Shown in pieces: positions 29,322 to 39,283 of a DNA stretch of 64,000 nucleotides. The translations under genes and the position numbers were made by a program. The notes under the pieces are model-generated. The model searched no databases and was not told the origin of the DNA. It was given only the letters and a program-made list of their open reading frames with translations. The DNA is taken from positions 1,277 through 65,276 of the forward strand of contig JAFEEP010000119.1 in the NCBI GenBank assembly GCA_018241045.1. Direction: 5' to 3'. Position 1 is the first letter of the stretch; every line of letters starts with the position of its first letter. This DNA comes from Pseudomonadota bacterium. GTDB lineage: Bacteria; Pseudomonadota; Alphaproteobacteria; Sphingomonadales; Sphingomonadaceae.

Positions 29322-30740
29322 TCAGCCGTGAGCCGGGCAACCGGCGGCCTTGGCCAGCGCCGCGATGTCCGCGCCCGCTGCGCCATCGAGCCGGCGGCGC
29401 TGGTAACGCACGCGGCAGGGCTGCGCGGGCCAATAGGTGGACGCACCGGCGATCGGGCGCACCTCGTCGATCAGTTCCATGTCGAAGTTCTGCAGCAACA
29501 CGGCGAGCAGGACCTTCATCTCCATGCGCGCGAAATTGACCCCGGCGCAGCGGTGGACCCCGCCGCCAAAGCCGATCAGCGAATTGCTCTCTATCTGCGC
29601 GTCGGGGTTGGCGGGGTTGAAGCGTTCGGGATCGTAGGCATCCGGGTTGCGGAAGGTTTCCTCCATGCGGTGGCTGATTGACGGGGCCAGCAGCACGAAA
29701 TCGCCCTTGCGGATGGTATAGCCGTCACGAGGAATATCCGCGGTGGCCTTGCGGCTCAGCATATAGGCGACCGGGTGGAGCCGTTCGGTCTCGCGCAGGG
29801 CGAGGTCCATCTTTTCCATCGCCACGGCCTGTTCCCAGCCAAGGGCCTGGCCATTGTCACCGCCGATGACCGTCGCGATCTCGTCGCGGATAACCTGGCG
29901 ATAACCCGGGTTGCCCAGCAGGTCGGCGAGCGCCCAACTCACCTGTCCGGCGGTGGTTTCGTGACCGGCCCAGACCAGCAGAAGGATCAGGTGGCGGATG
30001 ATCTCATCGGATACCGGCCGCCCATCGGGATAGGTCGTCTCGATCATCGTCTGGAAGAAATCGGGCGGATCGAGCGGGGCAGCGCGGCGCTTTTCGATCC
30101 ATGTCTGCAGGATGGCGTGCAGCTTCTTCTTGGCGCGCTGCGAGCGGACCATTTTCGGTGTCGGCAGCCAAAGCGGCAGGACGAATTCCATGCCGCCGGA
30201 AAACTCGCGGAACAGTTCGAAGAATTCATGTCCCAGCTTTTCGTGGAATTCGCGGCCCATGAAGCTGTGCGCGGCGATGTCCATCACCACCGGGCCAAGC
30301 GTGGGAATGAGGTCGAAGGTGCCCTGATCGCCAAGGCGGTTCACCAGTTTCAGGGATTCCTCGACCATGATCGGGACGTACTGCTTCATCGAAGCTGCCT
30401 TGAACCGCGGCATGATGATCGCCCGCTGGCGCAGGTATTCGTCCATCTCGGCAAACGAGTAGAACTCGGGCGAGAACATCTTGAGGAAGAACGGCATCGA
30501 TTCCCGGATCGACAGCAGCTTGTCGGTTTCCTCGAAAAAGAACCGATTGTGCTCGGGGCCCAGCATGACGTTCATCCGCTGGCCCATGAAGTTGAGCGCG
30601 AACAGTCGGCCGCGCGTGGTGTAGCCGCGTTTCAGCACCGAGACGGGATCGCGGAAGAACTGGAGAAGGTGGCCCAGCATCGGAGCGCCGCCTTCCACCA
30701 GCGGAAGGCCGGACCGGCCGGACAGCGGGACGCTCGCCAT
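29322..30740 (-). CDS. Cytochrome P450, CYP51-like
   Basis: P.LGHLLQF.RDP N-terminus, I-helix AGHETT, ETER, PERF, heme motif FGGGVHRCAG; SD GGGAGA 7 nt before ATG 30740. Confidence 0.92.
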   Translation of the reverse strand: MASVPLSGRSGLPLVEGGAPMLGHLLQFFRDPVSVLKRGYTTRGRLFALNFMGQRMNVMLGPEHNRFFFEETDKLLSIRESMPFFLKMFSPEFYSFAEMDEYLRQRAIIMPRFKAASMKQYVPIMVEESLKLVNRLGDQGTFDLIPTLGPVVMDIAAHSFMGREFHEKLGHEFFELFREFSGGMEFVLPLWLPTPKMVRSQRAKKKLHAILQTWIEKRRAAPLDPPDFFQTMIETTYPDGRPVSDEIIRHLILLLVWAGHETTAGQVSWALADLLGNPGYRQVIRDEIATVIGGDNGQALGWEQAVAMEKMDLALRETERLHPVAYMLSRKATADIPRDGYTIRKGDFVLLAPSISHRMEETFRNPDAYDPERFNPANPDAQIESNSLIGFGGGVHRCAGVNFARMEMKVLLAVLLQNFDMELIDEVRPIAGASTYWPAQPCRVRYQRRRLDGAAGADIAALAKAAGCPAHG

Positions 30741-30890
30741 GCGCATATCTCCCATGTTCGCGTCGCCCGCAGGTGCAGGTCGGCCGCCTTGTTTACGCGC
30801 GAGGCTATCGGGACAAAGGCGCCGCGTCACCAGCAACGGGGCATGGCGGATCATCTCGTGATGCGCTGTCGGATCGCGACAGCGAATCGT

Positions 30891-31409
30891 TCAGCCGATC
30901 TCGCGCACCGGGTTGCTGCCATCCCATTGCGCGGCCTCGACCACGGCCGGACCGGTCATCGCCACGGTCGCTTCGCTCTCGATGAATTCATAAAGGAACC
31001 CCGGTTCGACCGGGTCTTCGAGATAGCAGACGCGGGCGCCGGGGTTGGCTGCGCTGAACACCTCGGCCAGGCCCCGCGCCTTCGCCTCGGCCACGCTGGC
31101 GTCGAGGTCGTCGGTGATCCACGCCAGGTGGTGAATGCCGGTCAGCGGCGTCCCGTCGGCGCGCTGATAAGGCGATGGGGTCTCGCTTTTCACCTCGATC
31201 AGCTCGATCTGGGTGTCGCCCCGCCAGGCAAGGCCGACATCGATCGTCACCGCCGTCGGCGTGGCGCGGAATGTGCCTTCCAGCACCACGCCGCGGAACA
31301 CCAGCCACGGCCCGATCCGCGCGGTCCGCAGCCGGCTGGCGATCGCGGCGTCGAGGTCGGCGACGACGTGGCCGATCTGGTAAATCGGCCCTTCGGCGGC
31401 ACAGGCCAT
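30891..31409 (-). CDS. VOC (glyoxalase/epimerase-like) family protein
   Basis: QIGHVVADLD, QIELIE, GIHHLA, YEFIE. Confidence 0.85.
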   Translation of the reverse strand: MACAAEGPIYQIGHVVADLDAAIASRLRTARIGPWLVFRGVVLEGTFRATPTAVTIDVGLAWRGDTQIELIEVKSETPSPYQRADGTPLTGIHHLAWITDDLDASVAEAKARGLAEVFSAANPGARVCYLEDPVEPGFLYEFIESEATVAMTGPAVVEAAQWDGSNPVREIG

Positions 31410-31411
31410 CG

Positions 31412-32284
31412 TCAGTACACCGCCGCCGGGTTCTTCGGCCGGGGATCGCCCAGCATTGCCCGGTGCGATGGCCGTTCGTGCCCACGATCGGTGACGCCCA
31501 GCGCCTTTGCGATTTCAGCCACGATCAGGGTCTGCCCCGACAGCTCGTCGCGGTTGGGGGTCTTGTCGATCGCATCGATCACGTGCGCGGAAAACTCCGG
31601 ATTCTCGGCCATGTCGAGAAAACCTTCGTACTGTTCGGGATTGGTCTTCACCGCGATCTTCGAGCGTTCGGTGACCTGCGGTCCCAACCACAGCGACACC
31701 GCCGCTACTCCGGTCCCGGCGAAATCATGCGCCATGTCGTGAGCGAGCTTGTCGAGGCCCGCCTTCTGCGCGCCATAGGCGGGACCATGCATATAGCAGG
31801 TCGCCCCGAACGACGAGGTCATGGCGATGATCCCCGAGCCTTGCGGGACCATGATCCGGGCCGCGTGCCAACTGGCGACATAGGCGCTGCGCAGCCCGAC
31901 ATCGATGATCTTCTGCGCGTCGAGTTCCTTTTCCCAGAACGGCATCTTCTCGATCAGTTGATGGTGCATATAGGCGGCGTTGTTGACCAGTACGTCGAGA
32001 CGGCCCTGTTCATCCATGATCTGTTCGAACACGCGGGCGACCTGCGCGTCGTCTGCGTGATCGCAGACCACGGGAACGCCCTTGCCGCCCAGTTCGGTCA
32101 CCCGCTGCGCGGTTGCCGCGACGGTGCCAGGCAGGACGGTTCCATCCCATCCCTTTGCGTCGCCGGGGGTAATGGTGCGGCCAGTGACATAGACGGTGTA
32201 GCCGAGCTCGCCGAAGCCGCGAGCAATGCCGGCGCCTGCGCCGCGGCTGGCTCCGGTGACGAGGGCGATCTTTGGCTGGGTCAT
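31412..32284 (-). CDS. SDR family oxidoreductase (DHRS1-like)
   Basis: TGASRGAG, VYVTGR, NNA, YGAQK. Confidence 0.9.
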   Translation of the reverse strand: MTQPKIALVTGASRGAGAGIARGFGELGYTVYVTGRTITPGDAKGWDGTVLPGTVAATAQRVTELGGKGVPVVCDHADDAQVARVFEQIMDEQGRLDVLVNNAAYMHHQLIEKMPFWEKELDAQKIIDVGLRSAYVASWHAARIMVPQGSGIIAMTSSFGATCYMHGPAYGAQKAGLDKLAHDMAHDFAGTGVAAVSLWLGPQVTERSKIAVKTNPEQYEGFLDMAENPEFSAHVIDAIDKTPNRDELSGQTLIVAEIAKALGVTDRGHERPSHRAMLGDPRPKNPAAVY

Positions 32285-32302
32285 TGCATTGTCCTTTTGC
32301 GC

Positions 32303-33016
32303 TCAATCGAGGTGGGCGAAGTCGAACTGGCTCGACGGGATGATGTCATTGCGGGTGAAGTCGATAAAGCCGTTGCAGCTGTCCATCATCGCGGCAAGGT
32401 TGGCCGCGAACTTGTCAGGGTTCCCGACCGCGTCAAAGAACGCGGCGGGATCGGTCATGGCCTCGGCCGCAAAGCACTCCTCGACGAAAGCGCCATAGTG
32501 CGGCGCGTCTGCGGTCAGGGGGCGGGCGATCAGGTTCTGGACATATTCGAAATTGGCCTGGGTCTCGATCGCGACGCGGGTGTGGTGCCCGTGCCAATGC
32601 GCAAGCACGGCTTCATGCGTCATGTCGGGGCGGAACGAGATGAAGCTTGCCTGGCTCCAGCCCCAAGTCCGCTGACCCGGTACGGGCGGGTGCCGCGTGT
32701 TCGCGATGACGGAGGATTCGCACACCAGCCAGGCGGCGAAGCGGGTGCTGTGATCGGCAAGCGCGGCATCGACCGCTCCGCGAAAGCGCGCGTTGGCCGA
32801 TGGCATCCAGAACTGCGCGACGGCGGCCTGTTGCGGCGCCTGCCATTGCTGCACCAGTCCGTCGGCTGGCGCGATCGCGGCGTCGCGCAGGTTCAGGCGG
32901 ATGTGCCGCGCGCCGCCAGCGCGCAGCGCGGCAGGCAGGGTTTGCGCGATACGCGTGCCATAGGCTTCGCGGCTTTCGCCTTCGGGCGCCCAGAGCGCTG
33001 CGATGACCTTTTCCAT
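32303..33016 (-). CDS. EthD-domain protein
   Basis: RPDMTHEAVLAHWHGHH ... YVQN ... VEECF. Confidence 0.7.
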   Translation of the reverse strand: MEKVIAALWAPEGESREAYGTRIAQTLPAALRAGGARHIRLNLRDAAIAPADGLVQQWQAPQQAAVAQFWMPSANARFRGAVDAALADHSTRFAAWLVCESSVIANTRHPPVPGQRTWGWSQASFISFRPDMTHEAVLAHWHGHHTRVAIETQANFEYVQNLIARPLTADAPHYGAFVEECFAAEAMTDPAAFFDAVGNPDKFAANLAAMMDSCNGFIDFTRNDIIPSSQFDFAHLD

Positions 33017-33029
33017 TTGCCGGATGCTC

Positions 33030-33791
33030 CTAGTCGAAGTTGGCCTGCCCACCGTCGAGCGGGATCGTCGCGCCGGTCAGATAGCCGAGGTCCGGGCTGC
33101 ACAGCGCAACCAGCGCGCGGCCGATATCGCCCTCGAGCGACCCGACACGACCCAGCGGGATCGTGCGGAAAAAGGTCCGCGCTTCGTCGGGATTGTTGTC
33201 GATCCAGCCCTTCAGGCCGGGCGATTCGGCGTGTGGCGCAATGGTCAGGACGCGGATGCCCTCGCTGCCCCATTCGGCTGCGGCGGCGCGGGTGAGCGAG
33301 CGGATCGCCTGCTTGACCGCGGCATAGGCGCCGTATCCGGCCATGTCCCAGCGGATGCCGGCCGATGAGCAGAAATTGAATATCATGCCGCCACCGCGTG
33401 CGGCGAGGTGCGGACGAGCAAGCTTCATCAGGCGATGGGTAGCCAAGGGGCCGGATTCAAACCCGGCAACAAAGGCCTCGTCGGTCACGTCGGCCAGCTT
33501 GCCCAGCGACACTTCCTGTGCGTTGTTGACAAGGATGTCGAGGGCCCCGAACTCGCCCACGGTGCGGTCTATGCTGGCCTCTAGATCCTCTGCTGCCTTG
33601 ACGTTGCAGGACAGCGCCAGAGCCCGTCCACCCCGATCGGTGACAAGGCGGGCGGTCTGTTCGACCTTGGCCAGCGTGCGACCGGTGACCACCACCGCTG
33701 CACCGGCAGCCGCCATGGCCAGCGCGACGCCCTGGCCCACGCCTTGCCCTGCGCCGGTGATCAGCGCTACCTTGCCAGTCAGATCAGTCAT
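33030..33791 (-). CDS. SDR family oxidoreductase (12alpha-HSDH-like)
   Basis: TGAGQGVG, LVNNAQ, YAAVKQAIRSLTRAAAAEWG. Confidence 0.88.
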   Translation of the reverse strand: MTDLTGKVALITGAGQGVGQGVALAMAAAGAAVVVTGRTLAKVEQTARLVTDRGGRALALSCNVKAAEDLEASIDRTVGEFGALDILVNNAQEVSLGKLADVTDEAFVAGFESGPLATHRLMKLARPHLAARGGGMIFNFCSSAGIRWDMAGYGAYAAVKQAIRSLTRAAAAEWGSEGIRVLTIAPHAESPGLKGWIDNNPDEARTFFRTIPLGRVGSLEGDIGRALVALCSPDLGYLTGATIPLDGGQANFD

Positions 33792-33809
33792 GACTCTTCC
33801 TTTGCATTC

Positions 33810-33839
33810 TTCGTAGAATGTGGGCTACACTTTTACGCA
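33810..33839. promoter_or_regulatory. Island operator box TTCGTA-N18-TACGCA
   Basis: Between the divergent SDR-P450 operon and kstD; 18 nt from the SDR start. Confidence 0.65.
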
Positions 33840-33937
33840 TGGAGTTGGCATTGGCGCAAGTCTGGCCGCAACATGCGTTGAAATTGTGAAGGTGGGACTA
33901 GAATGATCCATCGATCGACTGGCAGGATAGATCGCCG

Positions 33938-35623
33938 ATGAGCTGGAACAAGGAAGTCGACGTCGTCGTCGTGGGGTCGGGAGCCGGTGGACTGCTGGCT
34001 GCATTGGTTGCAGCCCGAAACCACGCGCAGGTGCTGGTCGTCGAAAAGGATCGGCAATGGGGCGGCACCAGCGCGACATCGGGCGGCGGCATCTGGATTC
34101 CGGGCAGTGACCAGGCCAAGGCGGCGGGGTTCGAGGATGATCTTGACGACGCGTTCAAATATGTTCGCGCGCTGTCGGCCGATAATGTGCCCGACGACCT
34201 GATCCGCGCCTATGTCGACAACGCCGCGCCGATGCTGCGCTGGGTCACGGCCAACACCGAGATCGTCTATACCGCGCAGCCCTATCCCGACTACCACGCT
34301 GAAAACCCGGGTGGTTCGGCCACCGGGTTCCGCACGCACCTGCCCGAAATGTTCGATGGCACGTTGCTTGGCGCGGATCTCAAGACCCAGCGCTTCCCAT
34401 CGCCCGCGGCGAGCCTGTTCGGTTATCTCAACTGGACCTTCACCGAAACCTACCAGATCCTCTATCGCGGCAAGGGGTGGCTGACCGGCCTGGCGCGGAA
34501 CCTGGCGAAGTACTGGTTTGACTGGCCGCTGCGCTTCACCTCGCGCAAGGACCGGCGGCTGACGCTGGGCAATGCCTTGACCGGGGGCTTGCGCGTTGCG
34601 TTGAATGAGGCCGGAGTGCCTGTGTGGCTGCGCACGCCAATGCAGGAACTGGTGAGCGAGAATGGCGCGGTGGTCGGGCTGGTGGTGCTGCGCGATGGCA
34701 AACCCTATCGCATCCGCGCGCGCAAGGGCGTGGTGCTCGCTACCGGCGGTTTCGACAAGAACCAGCAGATGCGCGAAACGCACGCACCGCTTTATCGCAA
34801 TGCCAGCCTGTCAGGTGGTGTGACCAGCAACACCGGCGATGGGATCGTCACCGGGCAGGCCGTGGGCGCCGGGACGAGGAACATGCATTCGGCCTGGGCG
34901 GCGCCGGTGTTCTACCTGCCGGGCGAGGACCGGGGGCGACTGGTGACGATCGAGCGCGCGCTGCCGGGTTGCATCATGGTCAACCAGAAGGGGCGCCGCT
35001 ATCTGAACGAGGCCGCGTCCTATCACATCGTCGGTCAGCAGATGGCGCAGCAGCACAGGGACCACGGCGATGCCAGCCCGAGCTGGATGGTCTTTGACCA
35101 TCGCTATCGCCACAGTTTTCCGATGGGGCCGTTGCTTCCGCTTGTGCCCGATTGGATGCAGTCGGGCGCGGTCAAGCAGGTCTTGAAGAAGGGCCGCACG
35201 ATCGAGGAGCTGGCAGAGGCGATGGGCGTCGATCCGGCCACGCTGGCCCTGACCGTCGCGCGTTTCAACCAGGGCGCGGTCAAGGGTGAGGATCCCGAGT
35301 TCCATCGCGGCGAGGCGGCGTATGACAAGATGTACGGGGACTATCGCCATCAGCCCAATCCGTGCCTGCGCCCGCTGAGCGAAGGGCCGTTCTACGCCAT
35401 GCCGATCTATCCAGGCGATATCGGCACCAACGGCGGGCTGACCACCAACGCGCGCGCGCAGGTCGTCGCGGAGGACGGCAAGCCGATCAAGGGGCTTTAC
35501 GCGGTCGGCAACACGACAGCCTCAGCGATGGGGGAAAGCTATCCCGGCGCCGGCGTTACGATCGGCCCCGCGATGACCTTCGGCTATATCGCGGCACGCG
35601 AGTTGACCGGCGCGAACACCTGA
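33938..35623 (+). CDS. kstD: 3-ketosteroid Delta1-dehydrogenase-like FAD oxidoreductase
   Basis: GSGAGG, GGTSATSGGGIWIP, YPDY, EAASY, GDIGTNGG, YPGAG (catalytic-Tyr pattern of KstD). Confidence 0.8.
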   Translation: MSWNKEVDVVVVGSGAGGLLAALVAARNHAQVLVVEKDRQWGGTSATSGGGIWIPGSDQAKAAGFEDDLDDAFKYVRALSADNVPDDLIRAYVDNAAPMLRWVTANTEIVYTAQPYPDYHAENPGGSATGFRTHLPEMFDGTLLGADLKTQRFPSPAASLFGYLNWTFTETYQILYRGKGWLTGLARNLAKYWFDWPLRFTSRKDRRLTLGNALTGGLRVALNEAGVPVWLRTPMQELVSENGAVVGLVVLRDGKPYRIRARKGVVLATGGFDKNQQMRETHAPLYRNASLSGGVTSNTGDGIVTGQAVGAGTRNMHSAWAAPVFYLPGEDRGRLVTIERALPGCIMVNQKGRRYLNEAASYHIVGQQMAQQHRDHGDASPSWMVFDHRYRHSFPMGPLLPLVPDWMQSGAVKQVLKKGRTIEELAEAMGVDPATLALTVARFNQGAVKGEDPEFHRGEAAYDKMYGDYRHQPNPCLRPLSEGPFYAMPIYPGDIGTNGGLTTNARAQVVAEDGKPIKGLYAVGNTTASAMGESYPGAGVTIGPAMTFGYIAARELTGANT

Positions 35624-35698
35624 GTGCGCCGATCGGGGCGAGTCAGGTTGCCGGGCGATGCGGGTCCGGTTCCGAGACCGTTCATGGATCGTCGGAAA

Positions 35699-35726
35699 CG
35701 GGCGGAAGGCCGAAGCCCTCCGCCCG
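35699..35726 (-). terminator. Hairpin with C(UUCG)G loop downstream of TonB receptor 2
   Basis: Minus strand CGGGCGGAGGGC-TTCG-GCCTTCCGCCCG followed by TTT. Confidence 0.6.
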
Positions 35727-35739
35727 ATCGCGTTCATGA

Positions 35740-38160
35740 TCAGAAAGAGACGCCCAGTTCCACGCCATAGGTGCGCCCGCGCTCGTACGCTCCGGTGAAG
35801 AACAGCACCGGTGCCCCGAAGCTCATGTAGCGTTTGTCGAGGATATTGTCGCCGAACACCGAGAGCGAGGCCTTGGCCCCGCCGAGCGGCAGGTCGGCAA
35901 GGCCGAGCCGGCCATTGACCAACCAGTAGGCCGGTTGCTTGTTGACGTTCTCCAGCACGGGCTGCCCGGTGATCAGGTCGCGCAGGGGGGTGGAGGTGAG
36001 GTAGTAACTGCTGCGATAGCGCCCTTCCACCATGGCGGTGAGGTGCGGTCCGCCGCTGCCGAATTCGGGTGAATTGTACGCCGCCGCGGCGCGCCCGGTC
36101 CACTTGGAGAAGTAGGTCGGCCGGGCAAAGGAGGCCACATCCACGCCGTTGAGGATGAACTGCTTGTATTTGAAATCGGTGTAGGCAAGGCTGCCGGACA
36201 GGGTCAGCCCGCTCACCGGCACGATCTCGGTTTCAGCCTCGACGCCCTTGATCTTCGCCTTGCCGGCATTGTCGAAGAACTGCTTGCCGTTGATGAAGTT
36301 CTGCGTCTGCAGATCCTTGTAGTCGTTGTAATAGGCCGAAACGTTGAACCGCATCCGGTTGTCGAGGAACTGGGTCTTGGCGCCCACTTCATACGAGGTC
36401 AGATTTTCAGGGCGATAGGGGATGCCGCTGAGGATGCCGCCTGAAACATAGCCTGTTGCGAACTTGGCAAACAGCATTGATGCCGCGGTGGGGCGCCAGG
36501 TGGCGATGCCAGTGTAGGTCAGCTTCTTGTATTCGACGCTGTACTTGCCCGCGCCAAGCGAGCCGCCTTGCGCGCCCGAAATCGCGAGGATGTCCAGCTT
36601 GCGATCGTCGATCGTCCCGCGCGCGCCGCCGGTGAGATCGAACGTCGGCGTAACGTGCCAGGTTGCCTGGGCATAGCCGGCCATCGAGGTGTTGCGGCCC
36701 ACTGTTCGGGTGATGCCACTACCGAAAATGGCATCGAAGGGGCTTGGCACTATGGTAGCCGAGGGCGTCGGCTCAAGGATGCCAAGCACCTCGGTGCCGG
36801 GCGAGCGTTCGTGGAAATAGAACAGGCCGGCGGTCAATTGGTAGGCGTCGGTGCTGACCTGGAATTGCAGTTCCTGGCTGAACTGCTGCTGGCTGGTGGC
36901 ACGCGCGCTCAGCAGCGGGAAGAAGTAGTCGTTCGGTCCCGGCATGTTTGCCGGGTTGAACAGCGCGGCCTGGATCTGCGCGGGCGTGAGACCCGGCGTG
37001 ATCAGCGCGCCCAATTGCGCGAAGGTAAAGCGCATCCCGCCGGCGGCGCCAAGGTCGAAAATGACCGGATCCTGGGTGAACTTGCGGTAGGCCGTGATCG
37101 ACTTGACCGTGAAGTGATCGCTTCCCCGCAGTGTGAGCGTCAGGCTGTGCCCTTGCGTAACCGTATGTTCCGCGCTCGTCGCAGCCGCCACGGCATTGAG
37201 CGGGCCAGTGACGCCATAATTGGTATTGCCGCCAAAATAGGGCTGCAGTGCAGCGATCGGGGCGAGCAACTGACCCGAAGCATCTGGAATGACGCCCAGG
37301 TTCTGCATGGCGCGTGCCGTGGCGTGGGCATCGGTGTAGTCGAAGTGGTAGTCGGCGGTCAGGTCTCCGAATTCCCCGCGTACTGCAACCTGAACGCCAT
37401 CCACGTTGCGATCGCCCAGCCGATTGGCGAAGGTCTGCGTTCCGAACTCGGGCGCACGCAGCGCGATGTTGAGGGATTGTCCGCCCATCAGGTTCGTCAC
37501 GTCGCCGCGGATCTCGTCATGCAGGTAGGACACCCGCGCCGAGAACGGACCGACCTTGGGCAGGTCGAGCGCGACCTTGCCGCGAAAGGCGTGGTCGTTG
37601 CCATAGGACGCGGTGGCGCGCATCGCCCATTCGCCCTTGGGCGGGGCAGAGGTGATGCTGATCGCACCCGACGTGGCATTGCGCCCGAACAGGGTGCCTT
37701 GCGGTCCGCGCAGGATTTCGATGCGCTGAATGTCGCCGAAGTCCAGCAGCGAACCGACAGCACGTCCGATGTAGACGCCATCGATGTAGATCCCGACCTT
37801 GGGGTCAACCGAATTGCTCGAGGTACCCGATGCGACGCCGCGAATGATGATCGTGGGGTTGGACTGCATGCCCTGCGTGTTGATTTGCAGGCTGGGGGCC
37901 AGGCCGCCCAGGCTGCGTACGCTGTTGACGCGCATGGCTTCAAGCTGCTGCTCGCTCAGCGCAGTGACCGCCACCGGAACCTTTTGCAGGCTTTCCTCGC
38001 GCCGCTGGGCGGTAACGATGATTTCCTGGACCTGGGAGGCGCTGTCGCCCGACGGCAGCGTTGCATCGCCTTCAACGGCAAGCGCGGGGGCGGCGGCGAA
38101 CAGCCCGGCGCCAAGGATGGTCGTGTGCAGCAAGCCGGTGGACGCGATGGTCTTGATCAT
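35740..38160 (-). CDS. TonB-dependent receptor 2
   Basis: Signal peptide, EIIVTAQRR, RIEILRGPQGTLFGRN, C-terminal GVSF. Confidence 0.95.
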   Translation of the reverse strand: MIKTIASTGLLHTTILGAGLFAAAPALAVEGDATLPSGDSASQVQEIIVTAQRREESLQKVPVAVTALSEQQLEAMRVNSVRSLGGLAPSLQINTQGMQSNPTIIIRGVASGTSSNSVDPKVGIYIDGVYIGRAVGSLLDFGDIQRIEILRGPQGTLFGRNATSGAISITSAPPKGEWAMRATASYGNDHAFRGKVALDLPKVGPFSARVSYLHDEIRGDVTNLMGGQSLNIALRAPEFGTQTFANRLGDRNVDGVQVAVRGEFGDLTADYHFDYTDAHATARAMQNLGVIPDASGQLLAPIAALQPYFGGNTNYGVTGPLNAVAAATSAEHTVTQGHSLTLTLRGSDHFTVKSITAYRKFTQDPVIFDLGAAGGMRFTFAQLGALITPGLTPAQIQAALFNPANMPGPNDYFFPLLSARATSQQQFSQELQFQVSTDAYQLTAGLFYFHERSPGTEVLGILEPTPSATIVPSPFDAIFGSGITRTVGRNTSMAGYAQATWHVTPTFDLTGGARGTIDDRKLDILAISGAQGGSLGAGKYSVEYKKLTYTGIATWRPTAASMLFAKFATGYVSGGILSGIPYRPENLTSYEVGAKTQFLDNRMRFNVSAYYNDYKDLQTQNFINGKQFFDNAGKAKIKGVEAETEIVPVSGLTLSGSLAYTDFKYKQFILNGVDVASFARPTYFSKWTGRAAAAYNSPEFGSGGPHLTAMVEGRYRSSYYLTSTPLRDLITGQPVLENVNKQPAYWLVNGRLGLADLPLGGAKASLSVFGDNILDKRYMSFGAPVLFFTGAYERGRTYGVELGVSF

Positions 38161-38221
38161 CAATTCTCTCCCTTGGTATTTTCATTGCGAGTTCCGGGCA
38201 GGGGTTGACCCCGCTCCGGAG

Positions 38222-38266
38222 AAAAAAGAGGCGGCCCGGATGCTGGTGCATCAGGAACCGCCCCTC
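38222..38266 (-). terminator. Terminator-like hairpin plus U6 between the Coq4-like gene and TonB receptor 2
   Basis: Minus strand GGCGGTTCCTGATGC-ACCA-GCATCCGGGCCGCC-TC-TTTTTT. Confidence 0.6.
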
Positions 38267-38310
38267 GGGGTATTCAGATCGGGTGCAGCGGCATCATGCC
38301 GGAACGGCGA

Positions 38311-39198
38311 TCATTCGGCAGCTTCCGCCAGCGGTTCGCCATAGTGGGGATCGTCTTCGTTGCAGAGGCGGTTGGTATGATCCCAGCGGTCGTCGATGAC
38401 AGGCGTGATGTTCAGTTCGCGGCGGATATCCTCGATCTGCACATCGGCGTATTCCCGCCAGTCGACCAGCATCAGCGGCATTTTCCAGTTGCGCCCCTGT
38501 TCAGCGCCCCGGAATTCGGCGTCGAGCTGGACCACCATCGCTTCGGGGTAGAACAGGCCATCCTTCATGACCGTCTTGGCCTTGAGGTAGAAGGCGATGC
38601 GGCTGAAGAAGGCACTCAGTTCGGGATGGAAGTAGCGCGCCTTGGCGTGCATATTGGCGTTGATCAGGGCGATTTCGCCGCCGTGGTTGGGGCCAAAGCC
38701 CGAAACCATGTGCTCGATGTCATGGGTCAGCGCGGTTTGCCGCAGATAGAAGGTGAAGTCGTTGACGACCTGAATTTCCTGGAAGAACAGATCGAGTTGA
38801 TAGCCTGAGTTCGCCATGAAATCGTGGATCGCCGCGCCGAGCGTGCCCGGGGCGCAGTCCTTCGTCTCATCCAGGGTAAAGTTCGACAGGCTCTTCTTTT
38901 CCAGCCACTGCCGAAACAGCGGCAGGCGGGCCTTTTCCATCTCGAACAGCTCGATGATGCGCGGCATATCCTCAAGGTCGTGCAGGATCTGCGCGACTTC
39001 GGGGATGTAAGCGGTGTTGGGCAGGTCGGGGCCGTTGCGGCGCAGCATCTCCTGCGAAATCAGCGCCCGCAGCCCCGCGTGATTGAGATACCGGGACGAA
39101 CTGACAAGCACCGAGCTTTCGGTTTCGACCTGCTGGATGCGGCCATTGAAATAGGCCCGGTCTGCATCGCCGATCTTTGCGTCGCTCATTGTCGACAT
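38311..39198 (-). CDS. Coq4-like metalloprotein
   Basis: PGTLG, HDIEH..SGFG....GE (HDxxH-x11-E Zn motif of the Coq4 family), LRRE-like IRRELNI tail. Confidence 0.75.
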   Translation of the reverse strand: MSTMSDAKIGDADRAYFNGRIQQVETESSVLVSSSRYLNHAGLRALISQEMLRRNGPDLPNTAYIPEVAQILHDLEDMPRIIELFEMEKARLPLFRQWLEKKSLSNFTLDETKDCAPGTLGAAIHDFMANSGYQLDLFFQEIQVVNDFTFYLRQTALTHDIEHMVSGFGPNHGGEIALINANMHAKARYFHPELSAFFSRIAFYLKAKTVMKDGLFYPEAMVVQLDAEFRGAEQGRNWKMPLMLVDWREYADVQIEDIRRELNITPVIDDRWDHTNRLCNEDDPHYGEPLAEAAE

Positions 39199-39228
39199 CC
39201 TCTCATATGGTTGTTCTTGAACGGGATG

Positions 39229-39256
39229 CCGGGGGCGCCCCGAAGAGCGCCCCCGG
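39229..39256 (-). other. Intercistronic GC hairpin with C(UUCG)G tetraloop
   Basis: Minus strand CCGGGGGCGCTC-TTCG-GGGCGCCCCCGG, no U-tract. Confidence 0.6.
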
Positions 39257-39283
39257 TGAAGGGAGAAGCTGGCAGGTCGCGCC

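Noticed and set aside
29775-33295. Long plus-strand ORFs (655 aa and 706 aa)
   Set aside because: Antisense shadows of the P450/VOC/SDR/EthD genes; no motifs, and expected from high-GC codon bias
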